NCBI GenBank assembly: GCA_009914755.4
Contig: CP086569.2
Coordinates: forward strand, 5,888,001-5,952,000
Direction: 5' to 3'
Source: the human T2T-CHM13v2.0 reference genome, Homo sapiens
Length of the DNA: 64,000 nt
Shown: piece by piece, positions 1-15,108 of the stretch
How the letters are laid out: each line of letters begins with the position of its first letter
How positions within the stretch are numbered: the stretch's first letter is position 1
The notes under the pieces: generated by a model
The model's input: only the letters and a program-made list of their open reading frames with translations
Databases searched by the model: none
Told to the model about the DNA's origin: nothing
Position numbers and translations under genes: made by a program

Positions 1-2039
1 TTTCAGAGCCAAGAAACCTTTTTTCTTTTGAACTGTGTATAGCTAACAATTGGATAAAGTATACTTTTTGAGAAAAGTTGATACATTTATCTTTCTTTTT
101 ATTTGATTTCTCCAAAATTTGGAAGCTATTTGGATTTTTAAATTTATGGCAATATAGTTATTTGAAGAAGTTTAGTAAGAGTATTTTTTCTTTTGTAAGA
201 GTATAAAATTGTAGACACTGGCTACCAAGTCTTTGGTTAGAATGACATATTTTCAGATATGACCAAATATTTTTGAGGAAATGTGACTGAATTCATATAG
301 CCAATGAAAAACTCCTTAGAAAGACTGCCTTCATATCTTGCCTACAAAGTTCCCTTACAAAGTTTGTGATCTCGCAGTAAGTAAAGTATGCCACTCTCTG
401 ATATGTCCAGGATATTCATTCAAGATATTTTGGGACCTTAAGAGAAAAGGAATCCATTCAATTTATACAGAGAATATAGGCACAATGTGATGTGATTGTG
501 ATTCTTTGACTTTACTTCCTACCTTGGAGGGTTTTAAAAATTTAACCTGTAAAGCTTTGCTTTAAAATTCCAGGAAAACCAACTTTAAAGAGCTTATATG
601 GCCAGTCACAATTTTATGCTAAAAATTAGGCCAAGTATATTAGAACTGAAATTTACTTTTCAAATAAATTGGTCCTCTTATGTTTTATTCTTGGTAGAAT
701 TGGGGAACTAGCGAGAGAAAAATTATATTTCAGGAAAACTCTATAGTACACCTGTTTGTAGACTTGTCCATTGTTTTTCAGTTTTTATTATTTTTCTACA
801 ATTTAGACTGAATCATGCATTCTTCTCTGGCTACAAGTCTCCAACTAATGTTTTCAAATTTTCCTTCAATTTTTTTGACATGTGATCACTAGAAAATCAA
901 ACTACTTTTCTTAAAGCCCTGCAAAGTGAAGCTAGACAACTTGATATAAACATCACAAGAAATCACCACGGCAACTGATACATAAACAGCTGTCATGCTG
1001 GCTGATATATCAACTACTCAGAAAGTTCAATTGAATATTTGCTTTGAGTTATTATCCAGAAAAATCTGTCAGCTTGCCACTGCAATCTGAATACGCTTCA
1101 GAGACTCTAGAAAAACAAGTCTATAGAGTACTCTGGACATTAACCTTTGTTTTTCTTGTTTCTATAGAAATGCTTCTTATTAAAGATCTGTTTTCTTGCA
1201 TGATATATACAGGCCTAGTCCATCTGCAATAGCATCTCCTGGAGTGGGACACAGCTGCCGAAATAAACTGATCTATTCTCAGGACTAAGAGACTGATTAA
1301 GAATGATATACATATATATATATAAATGTGCTGTTTTCTGCGTATCCTAATTTGGTTACTTTCTATTCCTTTGCCTTTTTTAATCTAATAAACTCTAACC
1401 AAAATATCTTCAATGCTATAAGCCTTACTTTAACATATAAAAGTTCTTAAAGTTTTAAAGTGGAAGCTGAAAGAAAATCAAAATATTTTACCCCAAAATA
1501 TATTTCTTTGATGTATTTTGAGACACCTGTTTAGAAATCCAGCAAAGAGAAGTAGAGAAGTAACCCTACAAAGTTGTCTTTTGTGGGGGCAGATTTGCAT
1601 CTGTAGAGAATCTGCATTGTTGCAGCCAGATTTTCTCTGAGGCCTCCTTTTATCCAGATCTAGGAAAGATTTACTGAAAGTCTGACACTTTTATAGGTCT
1701 GAAAAAAACAGTTATCATGTATTCTTTCTGAGGTCTGCTACCTGTGAAGTTTCATCTGCATAACAAGACCACTTTTGCTAGCTAAGCCTCCTCTTCTCTA
1801 CCTCCCATAACCTGTTTTGCCACCATAACCTGTTTTTTCAAATTCCAATCCCAATTCTTTCAGTAACATCAAGATGGTATTTAAGCTTCTGAACTCCATG
1901 AGGGGATTAGGATGTAATCACCCTGTGTTTCTCTCCCACATGCATATTAATAATTTTTATGCCCTTTCTCTAATTAATCAGACTTTTGCAAGTTGATTTT
2001 TTTCGTGGATCCTCGGAAGGCAAAGGAGAACTTTTTCTT

Positions 2040-2462
2040 TGACTTTTGTCCATTGTCAAACTGCTATAAATAAATACCTGAGACTCAGTAATTTCTAAGA
2101 AAAGAATTTTAATTGGCTCATGGTTCTGCAGGCTGTACAGAAAGCATAACAGCTTCTGATTCTCAGGAAGCCTCAGAAAGCTTCCAATCACATGGCAAAA
2201 GGTAAAGCGGGAGTGAGCTCTCTTACATGGCTGGAGCAAGAGATAGAGAGAGAGGAGGGAGGTGCTACACACTTTAAAAAAAAACAGATCTCATGAAAAC
2301 TCACTTACTACTGCCAAGAAAATACCAACGGGGGTGGTGTTAAATCATTCCTGAAAAACTGCCCCCCATGATCTAATCACCTCACACCAGGCCCCACTCC
2401 TAACACTGGAAATTACAACTCAACATGAGATTTGGGCGGGGGCACAGATCCAAACCATATCA
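2040..2462 (-). mobile_element. MaLR (THE1/MST-type) solo LTR
   Basis: Reads as the reverse complement of a MaLR LTR. It begins ctgctataaataaatacctgagactcagtaatttc (about 2061-2100) and ends with the reversed LTR 5' terminus ccaaaccatatca at 2450-2462. It is colinear with the other MaLR LTRs in this window. Confidence 0.8.
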
Positions 2463-4397
2463 ACCCCTATGTTAGATTTTACTATACCCTTGAACATTGC
2501 TACCCACAGTTATCAGAATAAACATATGATCTTTAGAGTCTGCTTGAGAATCATTCATTGTTTATGTATACTTACTAAAAGCTCCTACGAAAAATTGAGA
2601 ATTGACTGTTTTAGTTGTGGGGTAATGAAAAAAAAACTGAAGAAGGAAAATATCAGACTAGCTATTTTATAGTAGATCCCAGTTCATCTTTAGAAGATAA
2701 TTTCTTAGCATGGATTAAATCATTCTATATATAAGAATTTATTGCTCTTACTAGAATCCCTTTATATAAAAAATGCCTAGACACAATGGCCAATCCAATA
2801 GCAATGAGCATTCTGAATCCCAGGACTGTGACATTTTAATACTATTTCTCATTTACTTAAACCAAACTTCCTGGATAAATGGTTGATTCAAGGTATAGAA
2901 TAGAAAATATACAAGATAAATCTGGAGTCCATTGGTATGCCAGAGAGCAATGAAGCTAACAAAGACTATGAATATCATCTCAAAAGGACTCTAGTTCCAA
3001 CTTAAATAGGTTCTTGTAGCCAAACAATATACAGTTCGAGCCTCAATAAAGATAAAAATTGAAACATATTGAGAACATCAAATACATATAAATCCATGAT
3101 TTTATAATGGCATGAAAAACAAGTGTTCACTTTTAAAAAGTGACAGAAGACTAATTATCTAAAAACTGTAAATAATGTTAAATAATCATACATTTAACCT
3201 ACCTTTCCTACATAAACTGTACCACTAGTTAATAAATTATTAGATTAAAAGTATCTCTATATAAAATTATTCTAGATTTAAAAGCAAACCATAATAAAAT
3301 TAAAATATTGCCATTTTGAATGCCCCCCAATGAATCTATGCATTGAAGATCAAAAGCTGCTCACATTTAAAAAAAGGTGAAAAACAGTCATATGCCTCCT
3401 GATGAAAGGACAAGACACCACCAATAGCCTTGTCACAGGGATTGCATCTGACTCTGATCACATTTTCTAATCCAGCTGCCATTTTGCAGAAAATACAGGG
3501 GAACTTACTGAACTGTACTATGATTACCAAGCAGAAAGCCCACACTGTAAAAACATTTACAAGTCAAACATAAGTTTTTAAACAAATAAATTGTAAGAAA
3601 GAAAAGAATGAAGAGAGGAAATCTATGGATAAATGTGATGTAAAACTTATATCATTTTTTAAATGGGGAAGCTTAAAGCTATAGTGTCTAGGGTTGCACA
3701 CGTGGGTAATAAAACCAAAAGACATGCAGGAAAGTGATTACTAAAATGTCAGAATGATGGTTACTTTTGGAAGGAAGAAAAAATTGTGATTGAGATGGGA
3801 CCAATGGAAAGACTTCTAGCATAACGTGAAAAGTTCCTTTTCTTGACCTGGGTGGTGGGTATAATGGTATTCACTTTGTAGTAATTATCTAAGATCATGT
3901 TATCCCTGGGGGAAATAGTGATTAGTAGAAAGCATAAGTAGGAATTCTGGGATGCTGGCCTGTATTCTGCTTCTTGATCTAAATGTGAATTACATGAGTG
4001 TTTTCCATTTCTTATAATTCATTGACCTGTTTACTTACATGCACTTTTCCATATGTAAACTATATTTCATAAAGAAATTAAAAATGTCATGGGCACTCCA
4101 TTAAACACTTCAGAGAGTAATGCTTCTTCCATTAGGCTCTTCTAATGAGAAATATTCTCACATTTTTAATTTCAATATACAATAATTTAAAAATTGGACC
4201 CTGATCATGGAGCAAAAAAAAAACTTATGCAAAATTAATCATAACACTGTCCATGGGGTCCAGAAACACAACAGGGGCAGGATTAATCCTTGGCACTTTC
4301 TTTTTTTTAACAGTAATCTGTTTTTCTTGGAGATAATCCATCCTAATTTTCAGAAATTTTTCAGCTTCACTCAGAAAGTTAATTGGGGCACCTCCGT

Positions 4398-5466
4398 TGA
4401 AATGGTTTGACTCTGTGTCCCCACCCAAATCTCATGTTGAATTGTAATTCCCAATGCTGGGGAAGGGACCTGGTGGTAGGTGACTTGATCATGGAGGTGG
4501 ATTTTTCCATTGCTGTTCTTGTGACAGTGACTGAGTTCTCATGATATTTGATGGTTTAAAGTCTCTGGCACTTGCCCTTTCTTTCTCTCTCTCTCTCTCT
4601 CCTTCTGCCACGTGAAGATGTGTTTGCTACCTCTTCACACTTCTGCCATGACTGTAGGTTTCCTGAGGCTTCCCCAGCCATGCCTTTTGTAAATCCTGTG
4701 GAACTGTGAGTCAATTAAACCTCTTTTATTTATAAATTACCCAATCTCAGACAGTTTTTTATAGCTGTATGAAAATGGACTAATACAGAAAACTGGTACT
4801 GAGAGTGGGTTACTGCCCCTTTGTTTTGGCCAATTTGTCCATTTGGAATAGGAGCATTTACACAATGCCTGTACCCTCATTGTATCTTGGAAGTAACTAA
4901 CTTGATTTTTATTTTACATGCTCATAGGCAGAAGGGACTTGTCTTGTCTCAGATGAGACTTTGGACTTGGACTTTTGAGTTAATGCTGGAATGAGTTAAG
5001 ACTTTGGGTGGACTGTTGGAAAGTCATAACTGTGTTTTGAAATGTGAGAAGGACATGAGATTTGGGAGGATCCAGGGTCACAATAATATGGTTTGGTTCT
5101 GTGTCCCTACCCAAATCTTATGTTGAATTGTATTGACTAATGTTGGGGGAAGAACTTGTGGGGAGGTGATTGGATCATGGGGGCAAATTTCCCCCTTGCT
5201 CTTATTGTGATAGTGAGTGAGTTCCTGTGAGATCTAATTATTTAAAAGTCTGTGGCACTTCCCCCTTCTCTCTCTCTTTTGCTGCCATGTGAAGACCTGC
5301 TTGCTTCCTGTTGGCTCTTTCACCATGATTGTACATTTCCTGAGGCCTCCCCATCCATACCTTCTGTATAACCTGTGGAACTGTGAGTCAATTAAACCTC
5401 TTTTCCTTATAAATTACCCAGTCTCAGATAGTTCTTTATAGTAGTGGGAGAATGGAGTAATATACC
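4398..5466 (+). mobile_element. MaLR element, LTR-internal-LTR, internally deleted
   Basis: The 5' LTR is 4398-4788 (tgaaatggtttgactctgtgtccccacccaaatctcatg ... ggactaatacag). An internal remnant of about 295 bp runs 4789-5083 and starts aaaactggtactgagagtggg. The 3' LTR is 5084-5466 (taatatggtttggttctgtgtccctacccaaatct ... ggagtaatata). The two LTRs are clearly homologous to each other. Confidence 0.85.
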
Positions 5467-7274
5467 TGTCATGTTAAACCATCTCTATATCTCCAGTACA
5501 ATCTGTACCTAATCAGGGTACTGGTTTTATGTGAAGATCAAGTTTGTTTTTTGTTTACCACACATAAACTTGATTTGTGTATATGAGATGTTAGAGATGT
5601 ATTTATTCAAGAGTAATCCACAACCTGTGGTTAATTTATCATTGAGGTATGAGCCCACTATCATAAAAATTAAAGGGGTTTATGAAAAATTACCCAGAAA
5701 ATCACTCACTTTTATACCTACCATTCACACGATGATTTCTATAATGGGCAGATGTTTGTCAATACCTTAGCTTAAGTGGTAAACAATACTTTCACAGCTT
5801 TTAAGTTTCAATGGAGAAGTTTAATTGTTTTTTGTCCAAGTGCTAATAGACAAATAAGTAGCTATAGATTCCCTGTTAGCCAAAATGGTGTTTGATGTTA
5901 CACTCAGACTAATACTACTGCCATGTAAAATGACAAATCTCTAAATTGAAAGAACTGACCACTTGGAAACTTGTTTTCTTGGCTTAGATTTAATTTGAAT
6001 CATGACATTCATTATGCTTGACATAACCCAACCCTTATTTTGCTATTAGTCTTTTTGCAAATTGTCCATGACAAATGTGTACATGAGTCTTATATGCTGC
6101 TGTTCCATTAATGTCATATCAGATGGTCCAATAACTCATCATTTGACAAAAAGAACATAGAGGTCAGACCCTGGTCCAACTACAAACTGTTGTTTCTGAG
6201 ACAATGATGGAATCTAATGATCACTTGCGTTGTATAGAACTGGAATAAGAACACTTTTGTGGCTGACTTTATGATCTACTCAGGATGGCTGAGGGGATTT
6301 GGGAATAGAAGAGTCATATAGTCATCTGAATTGCCACTGAAACAATAGGATGGCTAGAGAAGATAAAGAGTAGGGAAATCTGAGTGACAAAACAAATATT
6401 GTGAGCCCTGCGTAGAGAATCAATAAATTTATTGGATGTTAAATAGAATTAAAAGACAGTATTTAAATAATTCTTTAAAATTCTGTTTCAAATACATATA
6501 TTTTGTATTCTAATAAGTCAAATTGACACAAGTTGGAAACACCTCCAATAAAAAGTGTAAAAGCAAGATGTACAATGGCACAATATTAGGATCTCAGCTG
6601 TAAACACTGTTCAATAAATTTAGTTAATATCAACTCCTCATAGGGCAAAGAATTTGTATGCCAACTCCCAAAATGGAAAGAATGGCTCCCAGGCAAGACG
6701 TAATGATAACCAGCTGAAAGTTATTAACATATCTAAAGATAAAATATATAGATGTAGGTGTGCTTGCTGCTTGTGTGGATGGTGGTATAGTATGGGGGGA
6801 GAAGAGGGAAAAGCAGAAAATGTAGAATAAAAATAGAGGGGTAGTGAAGCAAACCTTGACATTGCCCACACAAGTACGTATCAGGAGGCAAGAACTCTTA
6901 AATAATAAATTAGCCTTTCATTTTTAGAATGCTTCCAAGTTGAAAGTTCTCAAGCCCCTAAGAATTCTCTTTAGTAAGTATCTAAGTTAATGAGTGTTCA
7001 TTCTAGCTGATTGCAAGTTCTGTCTTCTATGGCCTTCTCTTTCCCTAGTATTTCTGATTATCCCTGGAAAATTCTTACATATTCCACAAATTGATGCTGG
7101 CTTCACTTATCACCTTTCCTACAGACACAAGCTCTGGTCTTCTCTTTTTGATGTTGTTTTCTCTTTTCCAGTGCCACTTCACTCCAGTGTGAACTAACAT
7201 TTCTTTCTTAATGTCCTAAATATTTTCTAACTCTAATCTGTAGAAGCTATCAGATCTCTTCTGTGAAGTAATAT

Positions 7275-7517
7275 AGCATTCTGGTTAAATGTGTGGACAC
7301 TGATACTATGTCTTAGGTTCTAATCCATTTGGCCACTTACTAGCAGTAAGATCCTAGGGAAGTTACTAACTTGATGCCTGAATTGTATTTTTTTTTGTAA
7401 AACAAAGATAATACTAGTACTGATATCATAGACCTTCATTAAAGATTAAATGGACTACTTCCAAGTGAGCATTAGGAGCAGTGCTTGGCACATAGTACAT
7501 GCTAGCTAAGTATTATC
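7275..7517 (+). mobile_element. MIR SINE
   Basis: Contains the MIR core ggccacttactagcagtaagatcctagggaagttactaac, followed by gattaaatgg ... agtgcttggcacatagtacatgctagctaagtattat. This matches the MIR consensus as I remember it. Confidence 0.7.
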
Positions 7518-8139
7518 CATATGGAAGCTTGGGAACAAACTATTGAGAATTGCAATGAAGGGAAAAAATAACAAAAACAAGGTGTAATATTTTACCTAAT
7601 GTTCATTGACTAGTGCCTATCAAGGGAACTTCCTAACTGGTATTTCAGTCTGCCCTCTTCTACAGGATTCTCTGTGAAAAGTATAGTTTATAGCTCACTT
7701 ACTGGAACTGCCTTGCCCTTGTCCTCTCTCCAGGGTGCTCACCATCAATCCCCCTACCTGCCTGCAATACATCAGAAAAGAAAGTTCTTTCTCTTCAGCA
7801 ATTAAAAATTGATCACTTTGTAAAGCTGCAACTCAGGACCACACTGGAGAAGATTTTTACATGACTATACTCAGTTAACAAGTTCCTTAAATTCCTCATT
7901 CTAGGAAAGGATTTTGGCTTTTTATCAACATAAATGGAAAGCTGATAAAGTGTTTATCCCAAAGCAGAAAATAAATTTTCCTTAGTCCTACACCACAACA
8001 CCCATCAAGATAAGTAGTGTTAATCATACATTTGAAATAGGCTTCCCCTCTAGAATAGCTGGAGATGCCTTTGAAATACTACGCTTTTAAATATGCATCA
8101 CCTTAAGAAAGGCTTAACCTCTTATATCACATGGGTAAC

Positions 8140-8320
8140 ATTTTGGCAACAATTTGGGCAAGATATTTAAGCTTTCTATTTCATCATCTATAAAATGGGG
8201 TTATTACTGCCATCTACTTCAAGGGGTTGCTTCCAGGGTTAAATACATAAAAAGATAAATAAAGCTCTTATTGCATTATCTGGAATATAGCAAACACTCA
8301 ATAAATCTTAAATATTTTTA
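8140..8320 (+). mobile_element. MIR SINE, 3' part
   Basis: Reads ttgggcaagatatttaagctttctatttcatcatctataaaatgggg ... gggttaaatac ... tggaatatagcaaacactcaataaatc, which is MIR-like. Confidence 0.6.
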
Positions 8321-11300
8321 AATTATGGTAATAGATCCCAGAAAATAGAGACTTTTTAAAAAGAAGTTTTCTGTGCTCCTTGTTCTAACTTTCCTCTGGA
8401 ACCTTAATGAGTTTCTGATGCAGTTCACGTCTACAAATTTGCCAAGAATAGCTGATGAGATTCAAGGTGACTGCAAAAAGTTGCACCTTTTTTACATATT
8501 GTGTTTTTTAAGAGAAGAAAAGAACATGTTAACAAGGGTTTAGCTCTTTTTTAAAAAAGGGCAAGATAAAGTAAGTCATATAAATCACCTGATTTTCTTA
8601 TTTTAAATTATTGAATACATTTTCTATGCCACTTTACTTATCTTCTTTAATGATGCTATTCTGAAAGTTTCCTTCAATATTTTAACATTTTCTGGCTGCT
8701 TTTGTATGATTGTTATGAGTGGTTCTGGAGCTAGAAATGTCCAGTTAGCAACATACTAAAAAAGGTTATTTATGCTTTAGATTGTGACTGTAAAACAGTT
8801 TAACAGTTTACAAAAGTATTGTTATTGATTCTAGATATCATTGGTCTCTTTGAGTATATTCTTAAATCTTCCTTTTATTATTTGTATCGTTAGAGGAAGA
8901 TTAGGCATAATCTACTAAACTGAAGAGGAGAAAAACCGAATTTTTTTTTACTTTTAAAAGATCTTACAGGTATGTTCTGTGATTTGGTATTTTGTATTTG
9001 GTAAATATGTTTCATGGTATTGTTCTTTCCATTTTTATATTAACATTTTTGGATTTCATATTAAATGAATCTTGGCATCAAAATGTTTCAACATATCTCT
9101 CTTTCTGGTGAAGCTCATCCTGTTGGTTGATTTATTTGTCTTATGGCTGTACTTTTCTCTGTGATTTTATGCAAGTCTTGTTGTCAACCTTAAACAATCA
9201 AAAGGCTCAGGATGTAGTTAAAAGAGTTTATTCAAGTGCAAAGTGTGAGGGAAGCTGTCTGGGAAGCAGAACTTCATCAAGGAAGAATGGTAAGAAGAAT
9301 GGTAATCAGGGCTCCTGACACGAGAAAAATGAGGATTGTTTATATAGGCCAAACAAAGCTGCTGAACAGAATTACATTTTTCATACAAAGGCTAAAATAC
9401 AGACATAAGACCTAATTAGCTACTATTGATTACACAAGAATGGAGTGGTTTGAAATTCTTTTATAAAGAGGTAACAGTCACAAGGGTCTCTATCTCTAAC
9501 ATCATTTAATCTAGGTTTGAATAAATAATAGGAAGTCTGGATAATGTATAACATCTCAACACAAAGGTCAGAAAACAATGGTTATGCACCAGAGAAGAAA
9601 AACAGTTGTAATAGGCGAGTCGGCTTTTATGCCTTAACTTTTATGGCAAAACCTCTCTAAGCGTTTTGAATCTCAAACATTGCTTATTCGGGTTTGCATA
9701 TCTGTCATTAATTTGGTGATGTTATGTAATTCATCTGGGATATAAACACAGGATTGTTTTTTGTATATATTTTTCCCTTTTACAAATTTTTATCTTTTAT
9801 TTTAGAATCAGGAGGCACATGTGCAGCTTTATTACAAGGCATACTGTGTTATGTTGAGTTTGGGAGTATGAATGAATCTGTCCTGCCAGTAGAGAGCATA
9901 GTATCCAACAGGTAGTTTTAAAACCTTGCGTCCTTCCCTCCCTTCTCCTTCTTGTATTGCACAGTGTCATATTGATCTCATCTTTATGCGCATGTATAGC
10001 CAGTGTTCAGGTCCCACTTATAACTGAGAACACGTGGTATTTACTATTCTGTTCTGCAAACTTAGCTTAGGATAATGGCTTTCAACTGCATCCATCTTGC
10101 TGCAAAGAACATGATTTCTTTTGTTTTTCATGGCTGTGCAGAATACCATGGTGTATATGTACCACACTTTCTTTATCCAGTTCACTGTTGATGGGCACTG
10201 GGGTTGATTGCATGTCTTTGTTATTGTGAGTAGTGTTTTGATGAGCATATAAGTGCCTGTGTCTTTTTGATAAAATAATTTATTTGGGGGAAGTATGTAC
10301 TGAGTAACAGGATTGGATTGCTGGGTCAATTGGTAGCACAACTTTTAGTTCTTTGAGAAATCTTCAAACTGCTCTCCATACTGGCTGAATTAATTTTTAT
10401 TCCAACGAACAGTATATAAGTGTTGTCTTTTCTCCAGAACCTCATCAACATATGTTAGTTTTTTACTTAAAACAAACAAACAAACAAAACTTCCAACTGG
10501 TGTGAGTTGATACTTCATTGTCATTTTGATTTTTATGTCTCTGATGATTAGTGACAATGGGAATTTTTCCATGTTTGTTGGCTGCTTATATGTCTTCTTT
10601 TGAGAAGTGTTTTTTCCTGTCCTTTGCCCACTTTCTAGTGGGTCATTTGCTTTTTGCTTCTTGGATTAAGTTTCTAATAGATTTGGGATATTAGACCTTT
10701 TTGAGATGGATACTTTTTGAATATTTTCTCCCATTTTGTAGGTTGTCTATTTATGACCTTGATAGTTTCTTTTGCTCTTCAGAATCTCTTTAGTTTAATT
10801 AGGTCACACATTCAATTTTGTTTTTGTGCAATTGTTTTTGAGGGCATAGCCATAAATTCTTTGCCAAAGTTGATATTGAGAATGGTATTATTTAGAGTTT
10901 CTTGTAGAATTTTTATACTTTGAGATCTTACATGTCAATCTTTACTCCATCTTGATTTAATTTTTATATATGGTGAAAGGTAGTGGCCCAGTTTCATTCT
11001 TCTGCATATGGATAGCCAGTTATTCCCACACTATTTACTGAATAGAGAGTTTTTTTCACCATTGTTTATTTGTTTAGACTTTGTCATGGAGCAGATGGCT
11101 GTAGGTGTTTAGTTTTATTTTCAAGTTGTCTATTCTGTTCCATTGGTCTATGTGTCTGTTTTTGTATTGGTAGCATGCTGTTTTGGTTATTATAGCCTTG
11201 TAGTATAATTTGAAGTTGGGTAATGTGAGGCCTCTAGCTTTGTCCTTTTTGTTTGGATTTCTTTGGTTATTTGTGCTCTTTTGGTTTTATATAAGTTTTA

Positions 11301-13708
11301 GAAATTTTTTTTTGGCTAATTCTGTGTAAAATAACTTTGGTAATTTGGTAGGAATAGTGCTGAATCTGTAAATTGCTTTGGGGTGTGTGGCCATTTTAAT
11401 GATATTGATTCTTCTAATCCATCAACATGAAAAGTTTTTCAGTTTGTGTCGCCTCTGACTTCTTTCAGCAGTTTTTGCAGTTTTTGTTGAGATATTTCAC
11501 CTCTTTGGCTAGTCATATTACTAGGTATTTTATTCTTTTGTAGCTATTGTAAATGGGATTGCATTCTTGATTTTACTCTCAGCTTGACCTTAGAACATTT
11601 CTAAGTATATAGAAATGTTCCTGATTTGAGTACATTAATTGTACATACTGAAACTTTTCTGAAGTTGTTTATTAGTTCTAGTAGCCTTTTGGTAGAGTTT
11701 TTAGGTATTTTTTCAGGTATAGAATTACATAGTGGAGAAAGACAATTTGACTTATTTTTTTCTCTTGTCTAATTGCTATGAAAAGGATTTTCAGTACTAT
11801 GTTAAATAGGGTAGTGAAAGTGGGCATCTTTCTCTTGATCCAGTTCTCAAAAGGAATAGTTCCAGCTGTTGCCTATTCAGTATGATGCTGTCTGTGGCTT
11901 TGTCATAGATGGCTTTCTTATTTTGATGTATGTTTCTTCAATGTCTAGTTTACTGAGGATTTTTATCATGAAGGAATGTTGGATTTCATTGAAAGCATTT
12001 TCTCTCTATTAAAATGATCGTAAGGTTTTTAATTCTGTTATGTAGTGAATGATATTGAATGATATGTGTATGTTTAACCAACTTGCATCCAAGGAATAAA
12101 GCCTGCTTCATTATAGTGAATTAATTTTTGACTTGCTACTGGAATTGGTGTGCTTGTACTTTGTTGAGAATTTTTGCTTTTGTGTTCATTAGGGATTTTG
12201 GCCTGAAATGTTCTCTTTTTTTCATTGCATCTCTACCTGATTTTGGTATTAGGATGACTCTGGATTCATGGAATGAGTTAGGAAGGATTCTTCCCTACTC
12301 AATTTATTGGAATAGTTTCAGTAGGATTGGTACCACTTCTTCTATATCTAATAGAATTTAGCTGTCAATCCATCTGGTCCAGAAATTTTTATTGGTAAGT
12401 TTTTATTACTGATTTAATTTCAGAACTCATTATTGGTCTGTTCAGGGTTTCAATTTTTTCCTAGTTCAATCTGGGGAGGTGAATCTAGCAATTTATTCAT
12501 TCCCTCTAGATTTCCTAGTTTGTGAGCATAGATGTATTTATAATAGTCTCCAAGGATCTTTTATATTTCTGTGAAATTGGTTGTAATGTCACCTTGTAAT
12601 TTCTGACTATGTTTATTTGGATCTCCCCTCCTTTTTTTCTTTGTTAATCTAGCAGTCTATCCATTCTGTTTATTCTTTCAAAAATTTATTTTTGGTTTTG
12701 TTAATCTTTTGTATGGAATTTTGGCTTTCAACTTTGCTCAGTTTGCTCTGATTTTGGTTATTTATTTTCTTCTACTAGTTTTGGGGTTAGTTTGTTCTTG
12801 TTGTTCTAGTTCCTGTAGGTTCAAGTTTAGATTGTTAATTTAACTAACTTCTTGATGTAGGCTTTAAAAAATATATATTTCCATAGGCTTTTGGGGAACA
12901 GGTGGTATTTGGTTACATGAGTACGTTCTTTAGTGGTGATTTGTGAGATTTTGGTGCACCCATCACCCAAGCAGTATACACTGAACCCAAGTTATAGTCT
13001 TTTATTGCTATAAACTTCTTAACACTGCTTTAGCTGTATCTCTAACAATTTGGTATGTTGTGTTTACTTTTAACAATTTCAAAGAATTTTTTGATTTATG
13101 CCTTATTTCATTGTTTACCAAAAGTCATTCAGGAGGAAGTTGTCTATTTGCATATAATTTTTTTGGTATTAAGAGATCTTTTTGATATTGATTTCTATTT
13201 TTATTGCCCTGTAGTCCAAGAGTGTGGCTGGTATGATTTTGATATATATATATATATATATTTTAATTTTGTGATACTTGCTTTATGGGTGAGCATGTAG
13301 TCAATCTTAGAGTATGTTCTGTGTGCATATGAGAAGAATGTATTTTCTGGAATTGTTGGATGGAGTATTCTCTAGATGTCTTTTAGCTGTCCAATTGGTC
13401 AAGTGTCAAGTTTAAGTCCAGAATGTCCTTGTTAACTTTCTGCCCTTGAAGAACTAACACTGTCAGTGGGGTGTTGAAGTCCCTCGCTATTATTGTGTGA
13501 CTGTGTAAGACTTTTTGTAGGTTGAGGAAAACTTGTTTTATGAATCTGAGTGTTCCTATGTTGGGTGCATATAAATTTAGGATAAATTTTCTTGTTGAAT
13601 TGAGCCATTTATTATTATGTAATGCCCTTCTTTGTCCATTTTGACTGTTGTTCATTTAATGTCTGTTTTATCTGTTTTATCTGTTGTAAGAATAGCGACC
13701 TTTGCTCT

Positions 13709-13746
<38 letters not shown>

Positions 13747-13978
13747 GCATGATAGCTTTTTCTCCATCCCCTTACTTTTAGCTTGTGGTTATCAGTATAT
13801 GTGACATGGCTTTCTTGAAGACAGTAGAAGGTTGGGGCTTGTATTTTTTTTTAAAATCCAATTTGCCACTCTCTCTTTTTAGTAGAGTATTTAGACCCTT
13901 TACATTCAACCTTAATAAAGATATTTGAGGTTTTGATCCTGGTCATTGTGTTGTTAGCTGGTTATTTTATAGACTTCA

Positions 13979-14278
<300 letters not shown>

Positions 14279-15108
14279 TTAGTGTATGTGGGCAATGTAC
14301 TTAGGTACATTAAATGCTGTTTTTGTGGTAACAGTAATTGTTCTTTAATTTCCATGTTTAACACTTTCATAACATCCTCTTGTAAGGCCAACCTAGTGGT
14401 AATAAATTCCCTTAGCTGTTGCTTTTCTGAAAAAAAAAATTCTCCTTCACTTAAGAAGCTTAGTTTGGGATAATATGAAATTCTTGGTTGGAATTTATTT
14501 TCTTTATTGATCCTAAAATATGCCTTCAATTTCTTCTGGCTTGTGACTTTTCCATTAGAAAGTCTGCTGTTAGCCTGATGGGGTTCCTTTTTTATGTCAC
14601 CTGACACCTGTCTGTAGCTTCCTTTAAGATTTTTTTCTTTAATGTTGATCTCAGATGATCTCATGAGTATGTGTCTTTGGAATGGTCATCTTCCATAGTA
14701 TATTGCAGATTTTTTTTTTTCTTGAATTTGCATGTCAATTTCTCTAACAAGGTAGGGAAGATTTTCATTAACTATATCATCAAATATGTTCTCTAAGTTT
14801 CTTATTCTCTCAGGAATGCCAGTGTGTTGCAGGTTTGGTCTCCTTATATAATTCCATATTTCTCAGACATTTTGGCCACTTTTAAAAATTCTTTTAAAAA
14901 AATGTCTACTTGAGTTGATTCAAGACTGGTCTTCAAACTGAAATTTTTTATGAGCTTGCTGTATTCTTTTGTTAATACTTTCAATTATATTGTACAATTA
15001 TTGTAGTAATTTTTTTCAGTTCTGTAAGTTGAGTTTGGTTCTTTTGTAAAATTGCTATGTCACGTTTCTTCTCTTGGATCATTTTACTGGTTTCCTTGAA
15101 TTGGGTTT

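Noticed and set aside
3336-3545. A minus-strand 69-codon ORF with several cysteines (PCIFCKMAAGLENVIRVRCNPCDKAIGG).
   Set aside because: I could not assign any domain. It is an isolated short ORF in AT-rich sequence without splice-site or homology support.
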